From positions 72,047-136,046 of the IMG/VR virus record IMGVR_UViG_3300021431_000082: 64,000 nt of DNA. One strand, written 5' to 3'. This stretch comes from a virus (Duplodnaviria; Heunggongvirae; Uroviricota; Caudoviricetes). The notes below the pieces were generated by a model. It made no database searches. It was not told where the DNA came from and was given only the letters and a program-made list of their open reading frames with translations. Shown one piece after another: positions 56,001 through 64,000 of the stretch (positions within the stretch are counted from its first letter, which is position 1; each line of letters begins with the position of its first letter). The position numbers and the translations under genes were made by a program.

Positions 56001-59000
56001 ATGCATTTAAAGCCGTTGGTCTTGCGATTGGCAACATGTTAGCTGCCGCAACAATCTCCTTCCTTGCAACACAGGCCATGGCGTTTATTGACGAGTGGAT
56101 CAACCACACCAAGAATCTGAATAATTCCGCCAGGGAATTCGGCGCTCAGATGAAGCGCACTGAGTCTGATATAGATTCATATGGTGAAAGAATCGCCGCC
56201 CAGAAATCTATCATTGAAGACAATAAGTCTTCTATTGAAGATGTCACAACCGCTCGGGCTGAGCTCTATAAGATTCAGTCTGAGATGATTGCCGCATATG
56301 GTGGCGAAGGCGAATCTATCAAAGCTATTACTGATGCTATTAACGGACAGAATGACGCTCTCGACAAGAACATTGAGAAGCTAAAAGAACAACAGCATCA
56401 AAAGGCTATTGAAGATTTTAATAAAGAGAACGATGACTGGCGTAAGGCGACAGTACGTTAGATGAAGAATGCGACTATGACAGATGATGGCGTGATAATT
56501 CCATCAACCATGACTGCTTTTGAAGAGTTTATGGATAATATGGAGAATTATCAAGTTAATCTGTCCGCAATAAACGACGCATTACCCGAGAAAGAATTCC
56601 AAGACGTTATCAAAAAACATGCGGATCAAAATGACTGGACTGATTTATCTTCCGCTGTTGGAAACGTCAATCAATTCGTCAAGCTATATGATGAATTAAT
56701 GGATACGGCTAGTATGCTGCGTGATTCATCAAACGGTGGAATCAGTCAAGATAGATACGATTATATATCAAAGTATATAACGCAGTTGAGTAAGCCGGCT
56801 AGGGATACAGCATAGAGCAATCGTGATCTTTATGAACAGGAGATGCTTCATCAGATCCGTTAGAGAAAGGATCTTAACGATAGGTATTCAGACCTATCTG
56901 ACCTTTATGGTAAGTATCTCAAAGCGGATACAGCGGAGTTACAGCACGAAGTCTATGAAGCATATTCTGCCGCAGTTAAACAGATAGCCGACGATAAATC
57001 AATTAGTTATGGCATACGACAGCAGTTCCTGAGTCTGTATCCAGATTTAAAGGCAGAGGCGGACAAGTGGACATTCGAGGTAAACTTTAAAGCCAATAAA
57101 GATGGACTGCGTGACGAAATACAGAAACAGATTGATGCAATATCTGCTGCGATTGGTCATGCTGTAACTCAAGAAGAATTAGATCATTGGGACGATTCCC
57201 AATATGACGCTATCGCAAATTCAGCTTATAGTAATTACGCCAGGACGCTTTCACAAAACGGAATATCATCCGTACAAACTGGGAATGCTATCGCTGTTGA
57301 ACAAGGTGTATTAGATACAAATACTACTGGCGCTTTAAAAGATTTTATCGAAAAGAAAGCCCCTGGGGCAATTAACGATGTCGATAAAAACCTAATCGCA
57401 GCTGTAAAGGATGTAAAAAATTTCCAAAGTGCTTTTACCAGAGCTTGGAATAAAATTGGCAAAGATGTTCCGAATGACGGGCAAAAGGTAAACGTCGCTT
57501 TAAAGCTAATGGCCAGAGAAGCCGAAAGCACAGCAAAGACCACAGAGAAAGAACTCAGTGGCATGGATCTTTCCGACGTTGCCAAGCATCTCACAAAACT
57601 AGGCGATGTTTATGACAAGCTTAAAAAAGATGGCGAAGTAAAATGGAACACTATTGATACCAAGGATTTCAAAGAATCCTTTGGCGACATTAAAGATGAA
57701 ACTGGTGAATTCCAAAAAGCATGGGATAATTTTCATCAGATTTTAAGTTCCACACCTAACGATACGAAAGCTGTACAAGATGCATTTGATACTCTTGCGA
57801 GTTCGTATGTTTACAATTCTGATTGTATGCAAATGCTCAATGAGAATAACAAAGATCTTGTTATTGGTATGTTGAGCGATAATGGTGTAGCAAATGCGGC
57901 AGATGTTGTTAATGATGCATTAAATCGTAAAGCTGCGGCGGCTGAATACGATGCATTTAGTGAGGATCTCCTGGCACAAAAAGGTGTTGATCTCGCTAAT
58001 GTAAGCGGCGAAAGCGCAACTGCTACACTTGAAGAAGCGACAGCCTTTTTAAAATAGGCTGGTTATGCCGAAGAAGATCAGGCGGCAATTGCACGGCTCA
58101 TCCTTGAACAGTGGGCTCTTAACGGATAGCATATCGACACATCTGATAATTGTAATGCACTTGCTGATCTTGCGTAGATGGCTGGGGTTGCTGCCTCTTA
58201 GATCATAGCATTAAACAACGCTATGGCCGGTGGAACTACATCTGCATCGTAGGCGTCTGGTGGGAACTTCGCCATGCTGAACAATGGCGTAGATTCACAA
58301 AAAGCCAACCAAGAATATCAGAAAGCTTAGAGAGAATATGAAACTAAAAAAGCGCTTGAAGATATTCGACAAGCCAGAGAAAACATACGCTTTAAAGGTA
58401 GCGGTGGATCTGGTAGTGGCGGTGGCTCTGGCGGTGGTGGCGGGAACAAAGAACCGTCCAAAACCGACAAAGAATTCGACTACGTCAACCGTGCTCTTCA
58501 GATCATGCAAGAGCAAAATGATGAACTCCGTGAAAAGGTAGACAATCAGTACGTCATCCTCCAAGATGCCCAGGATAATCTCGCCGAATTTACATCTGCA
58601 TCTGATAGCCTGAACGAAGCAGAAACTAAACTCACCAGTCTCGGCGTTGATACAAAGACTGACGACTTCAAAAACTTTATCGCCACTCTCGATGAAGTCC
58701 AACAAGTCAACGATGAGATGAACCAGATGATCGACGATACCCCAGGATATGTATTGCCTGCCGGTGATACATTCGCAAAGGTTGAAGCCGAGAATTATGG
58801 TGATCTCATTGAAGCCGCAAGAGAATACAAGTCTGCTCTTGGTGACGTTGAGAAAGCCAAAGAGAAAGTCAACAGCAAAACTCTTGATGAGAATGGAACC
58901 GGTCAGCTTACATTCATCAAACAGCTTCAGGAATCAGACAAGAAACTGATTGAAGCCTACGAACACGCCGCTAATTCTTATAGTACCGAATGGGAAGAAT

Positions 59001-61453
59001 ATAAGAAAAAGATCGAAGAAGCCTTTAAGGAAGACGGTCGTGGCGAAAAGTATATCCAGGATATCATGTATGGTAATCTCGATCCCGAAGAATGGGAGCG
59101 GATGATCACATATGATTCCAATAACCAAGCCGAAAAGGATAAGGTCGAACTGCTTGAGCGTGGTCAGACAGCCTATGACCATCAGAAAGAATCACTGAAG
59201 TCCATGCGTGAATGGCAGACGAAGCTTAACGAGGATGTTCAGAAAGAATATGAAATGCGTCTGAACATTGTCAAGGCTGAGATGGTCGCCATTGAATCCC
59301 GTATGAACGAAGCTCAGCATGATCTTGATATGAAGGAAATCCTTGGTGAGGTCGTGCAGGAAGCTGATTATCAGCGGTTGATTGGAATCTCTCAAGAGCA
59401 GGTCTCTAACTACGAGAAACAGCTGAGCGTTCTTAAGGAGCAGCTTGGTACTCTCGATGAAGGTGAGCAAGCCTGGTATGACTGCAAGTCTCAGATCGCT
59501 GACTGTGAACAGAGCATCCGGGATTGTGTAAAACAACAGGCCGAATGGAATGATACCATTCTGAGAATGCCGGTTGAGAACATCTCCCGCTTCCTCGGTT
59601 TAATCCAGAATCTCGGACAAACTCTTGAGAACTGGTTATCCGTAAATGATGCCAAGGGTATTGCCCAGACTGCCGAGCAGATCATGACATCATGGACCAC
59701 AGCTTATGATCAGATTGCTGATGATGAACTCGGATTAATGAAGCAGCTGGAAGATTACCAGGATTTGCTCGAAAATTATGATCTCGGATAGAACAAATTT
59801 TCTGAGGTAAGTGACGAGATTCAGAGTGCTCGTGATTCTGTTGAGTCTCTGGTCGAAAAGATGATCGAGTTGAATAAGCAACTGCTTACTCTTCCGATTG
59901 ATAAGATCGCTGAGATGACCACATATCTTGATGGTACTCTCTCCGACCTACAGACGGTTCAGTCCGAGCATGAGACGGCGATCAACACCGTTATCGAACT
60001 GATTACCAAAGAGCAAGAAAAGCTTGAAGACGAATATACCAAACTTGAAGAGTCAATACAAAAGCAGATCGAACCACTACAAGATCAGCTGGATACATTG
60101 CAGAAAGCAAATGATGCCCGTGATCGTGAATTGGCAGTCGAACAGGCTTTATACGAACTGGAAAAAGCTCGTGAGCAAAAGACAGTCCAGGTCATCCGTA
60201 ATGGTCGTGTCGAATACGCAGCCGATGAATCGGCAATCAGGGACGCCCAACAAGGTTATGATGATGCGGTTTACAATAAGCTTACCGGAGAACTCCAAGA
60301 TAAGATCGACGAACTGAACGACTCTCTTGAGAAATCTCGTAAGTCAACCGACGATCAGGTTAAAGCTCTCGAAGACCTCAAGAAGGAAAGATGGGAAACC
60401 ATCATGCCAGATACTGAGCGTAATCGTAACGAAGAGATAACCTCTCAGTTCTTTAAGGATATGTTTGGAGTTACTAACTGGAAAGAACTGGTGCTCGCCG
60501 GCAAGGACGCAAACGGTAACTACGCAGATGAAGCTATCTATCAGGGAACTCGTGCTAGTTACGAACAGAACTCTGTACAGATGCGTGATACCCAGCGTCA
60601 AATCGATGCTAACAATCTGATCACAGATTAGCTGACCAGACTCGTTGAAGATTTCCAGGCTGACCGGATTACGTCAGAGCAACTCTTCGCTAAAGTGTCC
60701 ACGCTTATGAGCTTTGTCAAAGATGGAATCATTACCGGACAAGAGCGGCTTGAGAACACTCTCTCACTCGGTGATTACTCCACTCTCGGTGCTGCATTAA
60801 AGGGAGCCGTAGAACAACGTGGAAGCCAGATCGAACTGTTCGGAGAAAACCTTAAGGTTGCGACTGATAACCGGAATAAGGTCAATGCTCTCATTGGAAA
60901 ATGGGATAACTTTAAAGTTTGGTACGATACAACATACAAACAGCTTTATGAACAATATAGGAAGATTGACTTCATCGGCGACTATGTGAAGAATATCTCC
61001 GACCATATTGATGATGACGATGATGAAAGGGGACCAGGGACTGTTTTTGAAAGTTCATCACGAGACCCTGAAGATTATCGTGGAGACGCCAGTTATAATG
61101 ATGTTGGACATTATTCTGATGGCCTTGAAAAAGGAGCTATTGGAAGTTTAACTCCATCTGATCGGTTCAAAGCCATCCAAGCACTCGGTCTTCGCAAACT
61201 CGATCCCGATGAATTCCCCGCCATTCTCCATCTCGGTGAAGGAGTCATCAATCCTCGTCAGCAATCCACCATGCTCGATAACATGCGTCAGGCTCTTGCT
61301 CTTGGAGGATCAGGAACCGGAGCTGTCATCCAGATGTCCTTCGGAGATATTAGTCTTCCATCTGTAACCAATGGTCAAGACTTTGCGGAATCTCTGGCTG
61401 TGCAATTCCAGCCGGCGATGAACCAGGTCTTCTCAAAGATCTTCAGGCGTTGA
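50042..61453 (+). CDS. Tape measure protein (about 3,375 aa after splicing; 30 in-frame TAG; one intron)
   Basis: One reading frame throughout. TMP core ELDSAFVELKRIS...LGYSIKEAEELA...ATEDLVSILKAY...AVGNV-type helices; Gly/Ser linker at about 58395-58445; C-terminal EFPAILHLGEGVIN. Confidence 0.85.
54419..55702 (+). ncRNA. Group I intron in tape measure gene (boundaries are a prediction)
   Basis: Q-like ATCAGCAGCGAAG near 54845; R-like CCAGAGACTA 54877-54886; S-like AAGGGATAGTCC near 54926-54937; P7 GACTA/TAGTC; P3 CCGAC (54756)/GTCGG (54891); P8 TGTGGAG/CTTCATA; TAA at 54509 otherwise closes the frame. Confidence 0.75.
55207..55653 (-). CDS. Zinc-ribbon membrane-associated protein inside the intron
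   Basis: AAGGAGG RBS before MDEAK; four CxxC pairs; HCPICGSTDLKKLS...IGIFGIFG...YKCNNCG. Confidence 0.8.
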   Translation of the reverse strand: MDEAKLVFCKRCGSMALKAFAKSDHCPVCHHVWDIFEYDTVAWFKLPKDEKDKYIEEHIIHDGETEYFKQLKAIADAKNKKEWDDAEERVKKLTQPQPTHIPHCPICGSTDLKKLSTVGKAAKIGIFGIFGMGDVGKTYKCNNCGSKF

Positions 61454-61478
61454 CAATCTTCCACTGTCACACTATAAT
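61450..61478 (+). promoter_or_regulatory. Consensus sigma70 promoter for putative antitoxin sRNA
   Basis: TTGACA-17 nt-TATAAT. Confidence 0.85.
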
Positions 61479-61484
61479 ATAAAT

Positions 61485-61585
61485 GAAAAAGGTGTCACCG
61501 TGAAGCAAGCGGTTAGCCCTAGTCACAAAGTTTCATTCCTAAAGAATGACCGCTCAGTTTTGCAGGCCGAGGCGGTCATTTTTGT
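61485..61585 (+). ncRNA. Putative type I antitoxin sRNA
   Basis: About 100 nt between the consensus promoter and the terminator AATGACCGC...GCGGTCATTTTT; convergent with toxin ORF. Confidence 0.6.
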
Positions 61586-61656
61586 ATGGTCTCAATAACC
61601 TCTTTCAAGGCTACGAGGATAAGCAGTACGAACATAAGTTCACACACTTCAATCAT
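61576..61656 (-). CDS. Type I toxin-like hydrophobic peptide 1 (MIEVCELMFVLLILVALKEVIETIQK)
   Basis: GAAAGGAG RBS; own promoter TTGCCA-17-TATAAT at 61759-61731; single TM segment. Confidence 0.7.
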   Translation of the reverse strand: MIEVCELMFVLLILVALKEVIETIQK

Positions 61657-61892
61657 ACGCAGCTCCTTTCTGGCCTCCGAAGAGTCCTAATCAGAGCTAA
61701 CCGCCTACCGTTTTGGTGACACCCTTTGACATTATAGCTGATGCTTTTCGCATTGGCAACCTCTGCCGCACATATCGGGCGGCCAGTCCTGGGCAAGACG
61801 GTAAACTACCCAATCAAACCTACCACACCCCGGCAATAACTTCCTATATTGCAAGAGACAAAGGAACGGCGTCAACACAGAACTAACGTGAA

Positions 61893-61973
61893 TTAATCTT
61901 TTAAGTAATCGAGAACAGATACAAGTAGCTGTAACTACATAAGTATCACGCCAAGAAAAGCATAATCGATCAT
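61893..61973 (-). CDS. Type I toxin-like hydrophobic peptide 2 with in-frame TAG (MIDYAFLGVILM*LQLLVSVLDYLKD)
   Basis: AAAGGAGGTG RBS; TAG at 61935-61937; TAA stop; TGGTATAAT promoter near 62032-62040. Confidence 0.68.
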
Positions 61974-62111
61974 ACACATCACCTCCTTTAAAACATACAA
62001 GGAGAGCTCTGGTGGTGTGGTAGGTCTTTATATTATACCACCTGTCCTTTATTGGATGGGTGGTCTTTTATTGCTAACAAATGTTTATTTGTTGGTTAGG
62101 AGAAAAAGGAA

Positions 62112-62318
62112 TTGATTAAATGTAACGAATGCGAATACGGAGACAATTGTCCGTGTGGCTACAGCTATTGTAATGCGGCCTGTCTGACAATTCAAAAGCT
62201 GAAGCGACACACATGTGGAAAATGCTATTGGTACTCCGATGTCGGCGTTGAATGCTGTGAACATGAACACGATCCTACCACCTATGATTCACCGGCATGT
62301 AAATATTTCGAGGAATAA
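62112..62318 (+). CDS. Small Cys-rich protein
   Basis: 68 aa, multiple CxxC; TTG start. Confidence 0.6.
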   Translation: MIKCNECEYGDNCPCGYSYCNAACLTIQKLKRHTCGKCYWYSDVGVECCEHEHDPTTYDSPACKYFEE

Positions 62319-62319
62319 A

Positions 62320-62535
62320 ATGGATATTTCAACGAACATTTCATACGATCCCAGTGTCTGCGAACACTGTTTTAATAATCCAAAGAACAACCCAAATGCA
62401 AGTGGTATCTGCTGTTGCTCTCTTCCGTATATGACGAGGACGGGTTTGCCTTCGTATTAGACTTCGACCTCAACAGACTATAAGGTCAACAGCGGCGTTA
62501 CTAATATTAACATTACTAATACATGTATAACTTAA
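62320..62535 (+). CDS. Small Cys-rich protein with Ser/Thr-rich tail (71 aa; TAG at 62458)
   Basis: CEHCFNNP...ICCCSLP; read-through ends at TAA abutting the next RBS. Confidence 0.65.
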
Positions 62536-62547
62536 GGAGAAAAAGGA

Positions 62548-62802
62548 ATGAATAAGAACTACGAAGCTTTTAGAAATAACCTGATGTACACCATGAGATC
62601 AAGCGGCCTTGAGTTCGGCGCTATGTACTACATCTTCAAGGATGTCCTTGGGGAACTTGAGCGTATGTACTCCAATGCGATTCAGCAGGAAATGGATGCA
62701 GAGGCTCAGGCACAGCGTGAGGCCGAGGAGCAGGCAAAGGCCGAGGAGCAGGCAAAGGCTGAAGCTGACGCTGGAGCCGAGGACGAATCCGTTGATCTCT
62801 AA
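62548..62802 (+). CDS. Conserved hypothetical protein with EEQAKA tandem repeat
   Basis: 84 aa; 18-bp repeat twice near 62722-62759. Confidence 0.7.
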   Translation: MNKNYEAFRNNLMYTMRSSGLEFGAMYYIFKDVLGELERMYSNAIQQEMDAEAQAQREAEEQAKAEEQAKAEADAGAEDESVDL

Positions 62803-63058
62803 TACAGAACTTATCCAACAAATAGCCGAGACCATCACTGAGACAATCCGTAAAGCTTTGAACACTGAAGGCGAGTATGACCGAACCTATACCGCCACTG
62901 TGATAGAAAAGATTGGGCGAAGTAAATACACCGTCGAATATAACGGCGGTCAACACACCGCTCAATCTTCTATCACCCTATCTGAAGGTGATATTGTCCG
63001 AGTGTGTCTCCCACGTAACGATGAGTCTGAACTATTTGTTGTTATGAAAGTGAGCTAA
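62792..63058 (+). CDS. Baseplate/spike-region OB-fold small protein
   Basis: TTG start; YDRTYTATVI...YTVEYNG...GDIVRVCLP. Confidence 0.7.
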   Translation: MISNTELIQQIAETITETIRKALNTEGEYDRTYTATVIEKIGRSKYTVEYNGGQHTAQSSITLSEGDIVRVCLPRNDESELFVVMKVS

Positions 63059-63059
63059 A

Positions 63060-64000
63060 ATGCAAGCTTCTATTTACCCTATAACTCCATTCGATGCTAC
63101 GAAGGGTACAGTCGTTCATTATGGTTGGAACGGAATTCAGACCCAGGTTGCCATCACTATCAAAGATGAGAATGGTGAAACCGCACATAGTCATTCCGTC
63201 CGTACTAACCTGAAGCAGATCGCAATACCCGGCAACGAACTTACGAATGGTAAGACATATACAGCTTACATTACAATCACAGACGCAAGCAACAGAACCA
63301 ATGATAATGCAGATACCGGTATTTCATTCTTATGTCGTGAGACCCCTAGGTTTGAATTTGACTGGGTTGGGACTGGCGCTAAAGAAACGAACGGTGTCTA
63401 TTATCTGAATGCTTATTCGTTCAACTTTAATGTCGCATACTCCCAGAACAATGGAGAGAGACTAACCTCATGGCAGATGACACTGTATTCTTCCGACAGA
63501 ATTCAGCTGTCTACTTCAGGTATCATATACAATCCCACATACACAGAAAGCGGAGGAGTTGTTTCCTCTAACCTTTCCTATCAGTTCTCAGGCTTTGGAG
63601 ACCGTGGTAACTACTACATCCGGGCTGAAGGTCGAACTCAAAACGGGATTGAAGTTGATACCGGCTATATTGAGATATCATCCAACTATGCTTCCAAGTC
63701 GATCTTCTCCATGCTTAAGGCTGAGAATGTCCCGGAAGACGGAAGGATATATATCAAGTCTGATATTATCTCTGCGGTATGTAAGGTCTATCACAAAGAA
63801 GAGCCTGAAGACGTTGAGGTTCCAGAAAAGGAGCTAGAGGAAAGAGGACTGCTTCTTAACGGTGACTACATTAATCCAGATACTAATACAGTCACTACCG
63901 GCAATCACGCCCTGATCCTACCGGACGATTATTACATGGTCATTGATGAAGGATTCCAACTTGGAACTTTCTCCAATACTCTCCTCTTCATTGATCCCAA
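63060..64000 (+). CDS. Tail/baseplate protein, 5' part (runs off window)
   Basis: Open frame from ATG 63060 to the end; IYPITPFDATKG, beta-rich Ig/FN3-like sequence. Confidence 0.75.
   Translation, partial: MQASIYPITPFDATKGTVVHYGWNGIQTQVAITIKDENGETAHSHSVRTNLKQIAIPGNELTNGKTYTAYITITDASNRTNDNADTGISFLCRETPRFEFDWVGTGAKETNGVYYLNAYSFNFNVAYSQNNGERLTSWQMTLYSSDRIQLSTSGIIYNPTYTESGGVVSSNLSYQFSGFGDRGNYYIRAEGRTQNGIEVDTGYIEISSNYASKSIFSMLKAENVPEDGRIYIKSDIISAVCKVYHKEEPEDVEVPEKELEERGLLLNGDYINPDTNTVTTGNHALILPDDYYMVIDEGFQLGTFSNTLLFIDP

Noticed and set aside
58395-58445. Gly/Ser-rich repeat-like DNA
   Set aside because: An ordinary flexible linker within the TMP.
29627-61453. Structural genes as pseudogenes or a decayed prophage
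   Set aside because: All interruptions are TAG, with no frameshifts and no TAA/TGA except at the intron. Random decay would not be codon-specific.
29627-61453. TAG as pyrrolysine
   Set aside because: No pyl genes in the window, and the contexts favour a small or polar residue in ordinary structural proteins.
1-64000. Suppressor tRNA (CUA), release factor or tRNA synthetase gene
   Set aside because: I found none by eye in the intergenic regions. It may lie outside the window; a tRNAscan run is needed.

Overview
A 64-kb piece of a large, SPbeta-like tailed phage, probably infecting gut Firmicutes/Clostridia (the host is an inference). It has four parts. (1) 1-21.3 kb: a leftward arm of about 50 small, mostly hypothetical early genes, punctuated by two families of repeated intergenic motifs. 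(2) 21.3-23.4 kb: a divergence region with three ribbon-helix-helix regulators and an AT-rich, repeat-rich origin-like segment. (3) 23.4-29.2 kb: an antirepressor, an RlmN-like radical SAM enzyme and a YonO-like single-subunit RNA polymerase. (4) 29.5-64 kb: a packaging, head and tail module. Main result: from 29.6 kb onward TAG is a sense codon. I counted about 55 in-frame TAGs in terminase, portal, protease, tail and tape-measure genes, all of which end on TAA or TGA, so the supplied ORF track fragments these genes. At positions I recall as conserved in homologues, TAG lines up with serine rather than the glutamine known from code-15 phages. This Ser call rests on remembered family motifs, not an alignment, and some tape-measure contexts look Gln-like. 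TAGs also cluster near the 5' end of genes. Other features: a group I intron carrying an antisense cargo gene inside the tape-measure gene, and two tandem type I toxin-antitoxin-like loci, one toxin having an in-frame TAG. I found no suppressor tRNA or release factor in this window.
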